This document shows positions 7,928-16,900 of a stretch of DNA of 26,210 nucleotides, piece after piece (the first letter of the stretch is position 1; every line of letters begins with the position of its first letter). The notes beneath the pieces were generated by a model. The model did not search any database and was not told the DNA's origin. It saw only the letters and a list, made by a program, of their open reading frames with translations. The stretch is from an uncultured bacterium. Its GTDB lineage: Bacteria; Eisenbacteria; RBG-16-71-46. The stretch spans positions 1 through 26,210 of the forward strand of contig CAZADU010000130.1 in the NCBI GenBank assembly GCA_964483945.1. Direction: 5' to 3'. A program made the position numbers and the translations under genes.

Positions 7928-8700
7928 CGATGGACGAACGTTTGCGGGTGGTGATCGCCGACGATGAGCCGCGCGCGCGGCAGTTCTTGGAGAAGCTGCT
8001 ATCCGAACATGAACAGCTCGAGGTGGTGGGTGTGGCCAAGGGTGGCGGCGAGGCTCTGGCGCAGATCACCAAGACGCGGCCCGACGCCGTGTTCCTCGAC
8101 ATCCACATGCCGGACCTGTCCGGACTCGAGGTCGCACGGCACTTAAAGGGCGACGACGCGCCCATCGTGGTGTTCGTGACCGCCTATGACCAACACGCGA
8201 TCGAGGCATTCGAGCTGGCCGCACTGGACTATGTCTTGAAGCCCATCCGGCGCGACCGACTGGCCGAGACGGTCCAGCGCCTGACGCGAGAGGCCAAGCT
8301 CGGGGCCAAGCGTTCGGGCAACGCCGCGGCGGTGCGCACCGCGCTCGCGTCCGATCCGCTGCAGACGAACCCCTCACGGCTGTTGCGGCTCCCCGTGCGC
8401 CACCGCCGTGAGGTCAAGCTGCTGGACCTCTCACAAGTACCGATCGTGTTCTCACGCGACCGGCTCGTGCTGGCGCGCTCGGACGCCAAGGAGTACCTCG
8501 TGGACTACACGCTGCAAGAGCTCGAGGAGCGCCTGCCCGAGGGCCAGTTCGTGCGCGTGCACCGTGGGGCGCTCGTGAACATGAGCGCGATCGAGAGCTA
8601 CGGTGCGGAGGACGGCGTGCTGGTGCTGAGGCTCAAGGACGGCACGCGCGTCGAGGCGAGCGAGCGCCGCGCGGCGGAGGTGCGGAGGAAGCTGCGGTAG
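7924..8700 (+). CDS. LytTR-family response regulator
   Basis: Receiver motifs VIADDE, FLDIHMP, FVTAYD, YVLKP; LytTR domain LEERLPEGQFVRVHRGALVN. Start is GTG 7924 (overlapping the kinase stop) or ATG 7930. Confidence 0.95.
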   Translation: MTMDERLRVVIADDEPRARQFLEKLLSEHEQLEVVGVAKGGGEALAQITKTRPDAVFLDIHMPDLSGLEVARHLKGDDAPIVVFVTAYDQHAIEAFELAALDYVLKPIRRDRLAETVQRLTREAKLGAKRSGNAAAVRTALASDPLQTNPSRLLRLPVRHRREVKLLDLSQVPIVFSRDRLVLARSDAKEYLVDYTLQELEERLPEGQFVRVHRGALVNMSAIESYGAEDGVLVLRLKDGTRVEASERRAAEVRRKLR

Positions 8701-8747
8701 GAGGCTGCGCGCTTCGGCCAGCCGGATGCCGGTCGCAGTATGAAACC

Positions 8748-8782
8748 GCGGCGGCGCGAGGGCGGTGCCCCCGCGCCGCTGC
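8748..8782. terminator. GC-rich hairpin between the convergent LytTR and foldase genes
   Basis: GCGGCGGCGCG (8748-8758) pairs with CGCGCCGCTGC (8772-8782); on the minus strand it is followed by GGTTTC. Confidence 0.5.
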
Positions 8783-8809
8783 GAGTCGCGCGCCGTCCGG
8801 CACCCCGTG

Positions 8810-10471
8810 TCAGTTGGCCGGCAGGCCCTGAAGTCCCTGCATCGCGGCCGGCTCGGGCCAGCGCAACTTGGCCGCGAGCGCCTGGTCCACGCGCACGTGG
8901 TAAGCGATCGCGAGCGAGTCCGTGAACGCGCGGAAGCGCGCGTCGCGTGCCAGCTCATTGGCACTGCCGGCGATGTTCTGCTGCACCGATACGGGCAGGT
9001 CCTCGAACTTCTGCTCGGCGACCTGCTTCTCGATCACCTGCATGAGGCGCCAGCCGGTCTCGGTGGGTACGGGTCCGAGCCACATGCCTGGCTGCTGCTG
9101 CCGGAATGCGTTCTCGTACATGGCCCACTGCGGGTCTTCATTGGGATAGTTCACCACCATCTCAGTGGCGGCGGGTGCACCCGTGACCTGTTTCGCCGCT
9201 TCGATGAGCGTCATGCCGGCGATACCGGCATCGCCCACGCGCTTGACGACCGCGGAGTCCGCCGACTCCAGCACCGCAAGCTTTACTGCTGCGAGCCGCG
9301 AGAACTGCCCCTTCACGCGCTCCCACGCCATGGCGATCAACTCAGGGCCGGCGGTGGGCACGCCCTCGGTGGCGACGCCGTAGGCGCCCTGCAGCAAGGC
9401 CTGCTCGCGCTTGGAACGCAGGCTGGCGGCGGCCTCGGGTTCCTCATGCAGGTGGCGCTGCTTGGCTTCGGACACGGCCACGCGCGTCATGACCTGCGCC
9501 TCGATCCAGATCTCGATCGCGGGCAGAAGGTTGGGCGGAGGTTGCTGGTTATCGGCGCGGCCCATGTCCAGGTAGGCGTCGGCCAAGGTGTAGGTGCGCC
9601 CGTCGTAGGTGGCGAGCGGCGAGTGGCGCATCTCGGGCGTGGGCGTGAGCGGGTCCACCGGCGACATCACACGGTAAAGCAGCTGCGAGCCGCCCGGCAC
9701 CAGCCGCACGTCGTGCGCCGCCTTCATCTCGAGGTAGGCGCGGTTGAACGCCGCACGGAACTTGCGCTGGCGCGCGAGGTCGAGCATGCCGGCGCGCAGC
9801 ACCTCGAACTCCGGCTGCTGGCGCGGCCGGCGCTCACTCACCTTGAGCACGAACCAGCCCTCGCGTGACTCGAGCGGTTCGCTGATCTCGCCGACCTTCT
9901 GATGGCGCAGCGCACCGTCGAGCGGGTCCGGCAGCGCGCCGGGTGCCACCCAGTCCAGGTCGCCATTGGGCGGCAGCACGCCGAGCAGGCTGTAGTCCAC
10001 GGATACGCGCTCGAACGGCTCGCCCGAGCGCAGCCGACGGACCGCGCCCAAGGCGCCCTCGCGTGACGAGGAGTAGATGAGGTGCGCGTGTGCTTCCTCG
10101 TTTCGCGCTTCGTAGAGTGCGCGCGCTTCGGCCTCGGACACACGCTGGCCCTGCGGGGCCACGCGCGCGTAGAGCATCTGCACGAGCATGCGTCGTTCTT
10201 CATCTTGCGTCGTGTTCGTGATGACCGACGATGTGTCGTGCCCGAGCCGGTGTGCCAGCTCCAGCAGTACTGCGCGGCGGCGCAGGTCGTCGAGCAACTC
10301 GGCCTTCGCCGCCTCGGGCGCGCCCATGTACTGGGCCGCGGCGGTCTGCGCGGTACGGTCGAAGTCCTCGACGGTCACGGTCTGGCTGCCGGCCTGGATC
10401 AGCGGCTGGCGGCCGGGTGAACAACCGACGATCGCAAGGGCCGCGAGCGCGGCAAGTGCAGAACGATTCAC
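8810..10471 (-). CDS. PrsA/SurA-like lipoprotein foldase (parvulin-type PPIase)
   Basis: C-terminal part of track ORF 8810..11254. GTG 10471 with SD AAAGGA; lipobox-like LAIVGC; parvulin segment AHAHLIY...LRSGEPFERVSVDYS...GDLDWV...VGEISEPLESREGWFVLKV. Confidence 0.82.
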   Translation of the reverse strand: MNRSALAALAALAIVGCSPGRQPLIQAGSQTVTVEDFDRTAQTAAAQYMGAPEAAKAELLDDLRRRAVLLELAHRLGHDTSSVITNTTQDEERRMLVQMLYARVAPQGQRVSEAEARALYEARNEEAHAHLIYSSSREGALGAVRRLRSGEPFERVSVDYSLLGVLPPNGDLDWVAPGALPDPLDGALRHQKVGEISEPLESREGWFVLKVSERRPRQQPEFEVLRAGMLDLARQRKFRAAFNRAYLEMKAAHDVRLVPGGSQLLYRVMSPVDPLTPTPEMRHSPLATYDGRTYTLADAYLDMGRADNQQPPPNLLPAIEIWIEAQVMTRVAVSEAKQRHLHEEPEAAASLRSKREQALLQGAYGVATEGVPTAGPELIAMAWERVKGQFSRLAAVKLAVLESADSAVVKRVGDAGIAGMTLIEAAKQVTGAPAATEMVVNYPNEDPQWAMYENAFRQQQPGMWLGPVPTETGWRLMQVIEKQVAEQKFEDLPVSVQQNIAGSANELARDARFRAFTDSLAIAYHVRVDQALAAKLRWPEPAAMQGLQGLPAN

Positions 10472-10528
10472 GACGAGAGTCCTTTCGTGTGCAGGAGTGC
10501 CTGTTGCGAGAGACCGGCGCAGCGTAGG

Positions 10529-10642
10529 CGTGCGCGCGTGGACCGGCAAGCGAGCCGCGATGCGTACACCGCGCGTGCGTGCGGACCGGCGAGCGAGCGG
10601 CGATGCGTGCCCACCGCGCGCGTGCGGACCGGCGAGCGAGCC
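10529..10642. repeat. about 43-bp degenerate tandem repeat, about 2.6 copies
   Basis: Core GGACCGGCRAGCGAGC with GACCGGC starting at 10541, 10584 and 10627 (43-bp period); a partial core is at 10512. Confidence 0.8.
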
Positions 10643-10672
10643 AGGATACTTACGCCTCGCACGCGCGGGGTG

Positions 10673-10719
10673 GCGCCACACACTGGGCCACACCGCGCCA
10701 CACCGCGCCACACCGCGCC
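10673..10719. repeat. 10-bp tandem repeat (CACCGCGCCA)n
   Basis: CACCGCGCCA CACCGCGCCA CACCGCGCC at 10691-10719, preceded by degenerate GCCACA copies from about 10673. Confidence 0.85.
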
Positions 10720-10956
10720 GGAGCGCGCCTCGCCGCGTTCGTCGACTCTTGATCGCATGCCCTGACCGAGTTCCCGACAATCCCGGCACCGGCACCCCGG
10801 CCCCGCGTGGGGCGCTCGCCTTCCGGCGGGTCCGGCCTCCCCGTGCCGTGACCCGCGACCGTTCGAGCACCGCAAGCCGAGCACACGAGTCGGCCGACCC
10901 CCGTGGCCGCGCTCGCAGGCCGCGGCTGCCGATCGGTCGCGGACAGGAGGTCGAGC

Positions 10957-12495
10957 ATGCTGTTCCCCGAAACGCCCGCCGCGCTCGCCGCATTCGTGAA
11001 CACCGCTCGCCGACACGCGCGGGCACTCGTTTCGCTCGCCGCAGTCGTGCACGCCCCTCGCCGGCGCGCGCTGGCACTTGTCTCGCTCGCCGCATTCGTC
11101 TGCGCCCCGCTCGCCAAGGCAGCCGAGCTGGCCTGGCCCGCGGGCGAGCTGTCGGCGCACGTGCAGGCGTACTTTGCGCAACTGCGCGGCAACGAGGCCG
11201 ACGCCCGGAAGTTCTTCGCCGAGCACCTCTCGCCCGAAGCCCTTGTCGAAGCACCGGTGGAGGAGCGCCTGCAGCGGCGCACGGCCATGCTGCAGCGCAC
11301 GCAGGGGCTCACGCCGCTCGAGATCGTCACGGTGGAGTCCGCTCTGATGCAGGTGCGCTGCCGCGCCGGGAATGCCGACGTGGTGCTGGCGGTGTTCGAG
11401 GCCGAGCCTGCATCGCCGCACCGCATCGTCGGCGTGCGGCTCGAAGCCGGCGAGATGGGGGGTGGCGGCCCGCCGCGTTCCGCCGGCCCGCCGCTTTCCC
11501 CTGCCGAGGCCGCGAGCAAGCTGCGCGAGTCGTTGCACCGGCATGCGCGCGAAGGTCGCTTCTCCGGCGTCGCACTGCTCGCGCAAGGCGACTCCACGCT
11601 GCTGTTCGACGGCTGGGGGTTCGCCGACCGCGCCAAGAGCACGCAGATCACCCGCGCGACGCGATTCAACGTCGGCTCGATCGGCAAGATGTTCACGCGC
11701 GCGGCCATCGCGCAGCTGGCCGAGCAGGGCAAGCTGTCGCTGGACGACAAGCTGTCCAAGTTCCTGCCGGACTTCCCGCATGCGGGGGAGATCACGCTCG
11801 AGATGCTCACCGAGCACCGCTCCGGCGTGGGCGACTTCTTCAACGAGCGCTACGACGCCATGGACCGCTCGAAGCTGCGGCACAACCGCGACTACCTGAC
11901 GCTGATCCGCGATCAGCCGCTGTGGTTCGCGCCCGGCACGAGCCAGCGCTACTCCAACGGCGGCTACGTGCTGCTGGGCGAGGTGATCGCGAAGGCGTCG
12001 GGCGGGGACTACTACGATTACCTCGCCAAGCACGTGTTCGGGCCCGCGGGCATGAAGCAGTCGAGTGCGCCCATCGAGGGCGACGGCACGCCGGGGCTTG
12101 CACGCGGTTACACGCGCGAAGGTGCGCCCGAAGGCCGCGAGTCCGACAACGCTCACACGCGGCCGGCCCGAGGCAGTGCCGCGGGCGGGCTCTACTCCAC
12201 GGCTACCGACCTGCTCGCGTTCGACCGCTCCCTACTCGGCGGGCGGCTGTGCGGCAAGCCGTGGGCGGAGTGGGTGACGGACGGCTTGCGGCCGGGCCCC
12301 GGGACCGCACCGGCCGGAGCCCCTGGCTTCGGATTCGCGGGCGGCGCGCCGGGCATCTCGGCCGAGTGGATGCATCAGGGCGAGACCATCATCATCATGC
12401 TCACGAACCGTGATCCCGAAGTGTCGCAGCCGGTCATGCAGGAAGTGCGAGACGTGGCTCGGCGCATTCGCCCGGCGGCGAAGCGACCCAGCTGA
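10957..12495 (+). CDS. beta-lactamase-family (class C/AmpC-like) serine hydrolase with an extra N-terminal domain
   Basis: ATG 10957 with SD AGGAGG; SxxK in FNVGSIGKMFT; LTEHRSG; YxN in QRYSNGGYVLLG; C-terminal GFAGGAPG. Confidence 0.9.
   Translation: MLFPETPAALAAFVNTARRHARALVSLAAVVHAPRRRALALVSLAAFVCAPLAKAAELAWPAGELSAHVQAYFAQLRGNEADARKFFAEHLSPEALVEAPVEERLQRRTAMLQRTQGLTPLEIVTVESALMQVRCRAGNADVVLAVFEAEPASPHRIVGVRLEAGEMGGGGPPRSAGPPLSPAEAASKLRESLHRHAREGRFSGVALLAQGDSTLLFDGWGFADRAKSTQITRATRFNVGSIGKMFTRAAIAQLAEQGKLSLDDKLSKFLPDFPHAGEITLEMLTEHRSGVGDFFNERYDAMDRSKLRHNRDYLTLIRDQPLWFAPGTSQRYSNGGYVLLGEVIAKASGGDYYDYLAKHVFGPAGMKQSSAPIEGDGTPGLARGYTREGAPEGRESDNAHTRPARGSAAGGLYSTATDLLAFDRSLLGGRLCGKPWAEWVTDGLRPGPGTAPAGAPGFGFAGGAPGISAEWMHQGETIIIMLTNRDPEVSQPVMQEVRDVARRIRPAAKRPS
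10972..11124 (+). repeat. 3 x 51-bp in-frame degenerate tandem repeat in the signal region of the serine hydrolase
   Basis: CTCGCCGCA(T/G)TCGT begins at 10984, 11035 and 11086; the units translate as TPAALAAFVNTARRHAR / ALVSLAAVVHAPRRRAL / ALVSLAAFVCAPLAKAA. Confidence 0.8.
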
Positions 12496-12512
12496 CCATG
12501 CGCCGCCCGGGG

Positions 12513-13853
12513 TCAGCGCTTGCGACGGTGGATGCGGACGGGCGCGAGCGGCGATCGTCCCGCCGCGCCCAGCATCCGATCGATCTCGACGGCGGCCCCC
12601 ACCGCACCGGATTCCTTCTTCATGCGTTTGGCCACCTCCTGCGCTCGCTGGGCGGCTGCCGAGTCGGCGAGCAGTCGCGCGAGTTCGGCGGTGAACGCCG
12701 CTGCGCTCACGCGCTCGCGCCGGAGCACGCGCGCGACGCCGAGCCCGACGCACCGGCGTGCGTTGTCGGGCTGGTCGTGGCTGAACGGCACCAGCAGCAT
12801 CGGCTTGCCCGCCAGCAACGCCTGTGCGGTGGTACCGATACCCCCTTGGTGCACGTTGATGAGCGCGCGCGGCATTAGTTCGGAGTGTGGCGCATAGGGG
12901 GCGCGAACGATACGCTCGCCAGCCGGCGCGTGCGCCGCGGGCGGCACTCCCGGCACGTCGTTCACCCCGTCTTCACCGATGAGCAAGATCGCGCGCTTGC
13001 CCAGCTTGCGGGCCGCTTCGGCGGCCGCGGAGTAGAAGTCGCCGGCGGCGAACACCGCCGAAGAGCCGAGCGTGAACACGATCGGCGCTTCGCCCTGGCG
13101 CAAGAACACGTCGAGCGCCAGCGGCAGCCCCTCGCCCTCCTGGCCGCGGTCGTGGAGCGGGAACCCCACTTGGACGGCGTTCTTGGGCCAATCCGGTTTG
13201 GGTGAGCCCAGTTCCTTCGAGAACAGCACCAGGTGCAGGTCGGGGGACCAACCGTCGAACATCGGGTGGCGCGGGTCCGGCGGTAGGTCGACCGCTTCGC
13301 GAATCTCGTCGAGCCGGCGGAACCAGCGGCGCGTGCTGAAGCGCGCGAGTGACAACAGCGGGCGCCACACCAGCGGACCGGCACCACTCAGCAAGTCGAG
13401 CAGCGGCATGGAGGGCATGACCGGGGGGTCGTAGGCCGAGAACATGGCCATCGGCTGCAACGTCGTGGACACACGCGGCAGCCCGAGCTTGGCCGAGACG
13501 AGCGGAGCCGTGAGCGCCAGCCCGTGGTAGATGATCAGGTTGGCGCCGCGGCACGCGAGATAGAGATCGTCGTAAGACTGGCGCAAGAAGGGCAGCACGA
13601 GCTTCTGCAGCACGGCCTCGCTGCCGCGACGGGCGTCCATGAGTTCGCGAAACAACGCCGGCTTATCGGCCCAGTCTTCGAAGTGCGGGCGCACAGGCGC
13701 GAACTCGAGCTTCATGGCTTCCACGCGTGTGCGGTAGAGCCCGTGCGTGGCGATGACCGGCTGGTGCCCGAGACGCTTCAACTCGAGCCCCAATGCGATG
13801 TAAGGATTCAGGTCGCCGAGGGAGCCGAACGTGGTCAGGATGATACGAGCCAT
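12513..13853 (-). CDS. GT1-family (GT-B fold) glycosyltransferase, RhlB/MGT-like
   Basis: N-terminal IILTTFGSLGDLNPYIALGLEL, and nucleotide-sugar-binding box APHSELMPRALINVHQGGIGTTAQALLAGKPMLLVPFSHDQPDNA. Confidence 0.92.
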   Translation of the reverse strand: MARIILTTFGSLGDLNPYIALGLELKRLGHQPVIATHGLYRTRVEAMKLEFAPVRPHFEDWADKPALFRELMDARRGSEAVLQKLVLPFLRQSYDDLYLACRGANLIIYHGLALTAPLVSAKLGLPRVSTTLQPMAMFSAYDPPVMPSMPLLDLLSGAGPLVWRPLLSLARFSTRRWFRRLDEIREAVDLPPDPRHPMFDGWSPDLHLVLFSKELGSPKPDWPKNAVQVGFPLHDRGQEGEGLPLALDVFLRQGEAPIVFTLGSSAVFAAGDFYSAAAEAARKLGKRAILLIGEDGVNDVPGVPPAAHAPAGERIVRAPYAPHSELMPRALINVHQGGIGTTAQALLAGKPMLLVPFSHDQPDNARRCVGLGVARVLRRERVSAAAFTAELARLLADSAAAQRAQEVAKRMKKESGAVGAAVEIDRMLGAAGRSPLAPVRIHRRKR

Positions 13854-13859
13854 GTTCGC

Positions 13860-13865
13860 AGTCTA
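13860..13865 (-). promoter_or_regulatory. candidate -10 hexamer TAGACT 6 nt before the glycosyltransferase ATG (leaderless-type arrangement)
   Basis: Minus strand reads TAGACT-GCGAAC-ATG, with no SD upstream of this ATG. Confidence 0.4.
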
Positions 13866-13934
13866 ACCGCACCGGCGCGGTCGTGCTGCCGCGGCGGTTG
13901 CGTGCGACCGGGCGCTCGCGATCCCGCGCCTCAC

Positions 13935-16900
13935 TCAGCGCGCCGAGGCGGGCGACTTGGGGCTGGCAGCACCGGCGTTCGTACCACTCGCCGGGCCGCC
14001 GCCCGCGGGTTTTCCGGCCGCCGCCAAAGCCTGAAGCGTCTCTCGCACGCGGTGCAGCAGCAGGATGCCCTCTCCGCGCACGCGCAGTCCGAACTCGCGA
14101 CCGCTGATGAACTCGGCCTGGAACTCGAGGCCGGTGACGAGCACCTTGATCTCGTCGGGCCGTAGCGGCCGCCGCAACGTCACCTCCGCCACCTTCTGGA
14201 GGATCTTGAGACTCTCGACCGGTGCCGCCCCGCCGCCCGGCTGGCCCTTGCCCAGCACGCGCAGCCGTCGCAGTTCCACCAGTGCCACGGCCGCCGCGGG
14301 CAGCGCGCCGAAACGGTCGCGCAGCTCCAGCGTGAAGTCGTCGATGGCCTCGGTGGTGCGCGCCTCGGCGAGCCGGCGGTAAAGGGCGAGCTTCTCGTGC
14401 TCGTCGGGCACGTACTCATCGGGTAGGTACGCGCTCCAATCGGTGAGCAGGCGCGGCTCGGGGGCTACCATCTCGGCTTCGCCGCGCAGTTCGGCGACTG
14501 CTTCCTCGAGCAGCTTCACGTACAAGTCGAAACCGATGCCCATGATGTGACCACTCTGCTCGGGGCCCAGCAGGTTGCCGGCGCCGCGGATCTCCATGTC
14601 CTTCAGGGCCACCTTGAACCCGGCACCCAGCTCGTCGAACTCCTCGATCACGCGCAGGCGCTTCTCGGCATCCTCGGTGAGCACGCGCCGGCTCGGCACC
14701 ATCAGGTAGGCGTGCGCACGGTGCGAGCTGCGCCCGACGCGGCCGCGCAGCTGGTAGAGCTGTGCCAAGCCCATGGTGTCGGCGCGGTCCACGATGAGTG
14801 TGTTCACGGTGGGGATATCGATGCCGGACTCGATGATCATCGTGGCCACGAGCACGTCCACCTGGCCCTCGGTGAAGTCCAGCATGACCTGCTCGAGCTG
14901 GTGCTCGCCCAATTGGCCGTGGCCCACGGCAAATGAGACTTGTGGGACCAGCTGCTGCAATTCCGCAGCCTTGTTGTAGATGGTCTCGACGCGATTGTGC
15001 ACGAAGAACACCTGCCCGCCGCGGTCCACCTCGCGCAGGATCGCGTCGGTGATCACCTCGGGGTCGTACTCCAGTACCTCGGTGTGCACGGGCAGGCGAT
15101 TCGCGGGGGGCGTTTCGATCACGCTCATGTCGCGCGCGCCCGCCAGTGACAGGTTGAGCGTGCGCGGGATGGGGGTGGCGGTAAGTGCCAGCACGTCCAC
15201 CGTGCGCGTGAGCTGGCGGATCTTCTCCTTCTGCGCCACACCGAAGCGGTGCTCCTCGTCGATCACCACCAGACCCAACTCGGCGAACTTGACGTCCTTC
15301 GACAGCAGCCGATGCGTGCCGATGACGATGTCCACATCCCGGCGCTCAAGGCGCGCGAGCACCTCCTTCTGCTCCTTGGCACTGCGAAAGCGTGACAACA
15401 CTTCGACCTTCACGGGGAAATCAGCGAGCCGCTCGCGGAACGTATGCCCGTGCTGCTGTGCCAGGATCGTGGTGGGCACCAGCACGGCCACCTGCTTGCC
15501 GTCTTGCACCGCCTTGAACGCCGCGCGGATGGCCACCTCGGTCTTGCCGTAGCCCACGTCGCCGCAGATCAGGCGGTCCATGGGTGCCGCCGTCTCCATG
15601 TCGGCGCGGACGTCTTCGATGGCCTTCATCTGGTCCGGGGTCTCGTCGTAAGGGAACGACGCCTCGAGCTCTCGCTGCCAGACCGTGTCGGGTTTGAACG
15701 CATATCCGGGCAGTGCTCGACGCGCGGCATAAGCCTTGAGCAGGCCCTCGGCCATGTCCTGGATGGCCTTCTTCGCACGCGTCTTGGTCTTCTGCCACTG
15801 GGCACTGCCGAGCGCATGGATGCCGGGCTTGGCCCCATCGCCCGCCGCGTAACGCGACACGAGTGAAAGCTGGTGAACCGGCACGTACAGCACGTCCTTG
15901 CCGGCGTACGACAACTCGAGGCAGTCGGTCTCCTGAGCCGAGAGCGTGAGCCGGCGCATGCCGCGGTACACGCCGACGCCATGATCCTCGTGCACCACGT
16001 AATCGCCGGGTTTCAAGGCCGACAACGCGGCGGCGGTGAGCCCGCCGGTGCGGCGTGTGCGGCGGCGCCGGCGCCGGTAGCGCGCGAAGATCTCGTGGTC
16101 GGTGAGCAGTGCGAGCCCGGCGTCCTTCCACGTGAACCCCGCCGAGACGAGCCCCACGCCGAGCGTCGCACCCGCGTCGCCCATGAGTTCGTACAGGCGG
16201 TCGCGCTGGCCCTGGTTGTCGCACAGGATCACCGGGGCCACACCGCGCGCGGCCAGTTCGGCCAGGTGGGTCGTGAGCTTCTCGGTGGAACGCTGCAGCG
16301 GCTCGGGCGGTGCGACTTCCACCACCAGCGATGCGGCGTGGCGAGCGGATTCACCGGCGCGGGCCACTGAGCCCAGCCAGTCGGCACCGCGCTGCGAGCG
16401 GGCGAGGGTCGTCCAGGCCTCCTGGGGCAGCCACAACTGCTGGGGTGGCGAGATGAGCGGATAGTGCACGCGCGTCTCCTCGAAGCCACGACGGATGCCG
16501 TCCCACAGGTCCTCGGCGCGTTCGGCGAGCGCGGCGGGGTCGTCGAGTACCACGAGCGTGTCCTCGCTCAGGTGGTCCAGCAGAGCGCCGAGGTCGCTGT
16601 CGTAGTAGCCGGCGAAACGCTCCATGCCCTCGTGGAACAGATTGCCGCCCGGCGCGGCCGCGCTCTTGCCTGCGGCTTCGTCGCCCGCTTCGCGCAGGCG
16701 CTCGGCGATGCCCTCCACCTCGTGCGGTTCCACCACGATCTCGTAGCGAGGCAGCACGAGTGCCTCGGCGAGTTTCTCGAGCGAGCGCTGCGAGCCTGCG
16801 TCGAAGCGGCGCAGCGACGCCACCGTGTCGCCGTCGAACTCGATGCGCAGCGGGTCGTTCCAGCCCACCGGCCACACGTCGAGGATGCCGCCGCGACGGG

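Noticed and set aside
10512-10642. 43-bp periodic repeat as a CRISPR mini-array
   Set aside because: Copies are degenerate, the intervening sequence is itself repeated and too short to be unique spacers, and no cas genes are in the window.
8810-11254. 814-aa giant foldase (also 658-aa EnvC, 1233-aa Mfd, 415-aa OmpA-like) as domain fusions
   Set aside because: The N-terminal extensions are stop-free intergenic or overlapping sequence; the chosen downstream starts are supported by SD motifs, stop-start overlaps, signal peptides or the expected family N-terminus.
16052-16085. Arg run RYRRRRRRTRR in Mfd as a slippage tract or special signal
   Set aside because: Mixed Arg codons, in frame, in a normally basic linker before the CarD-like domain.
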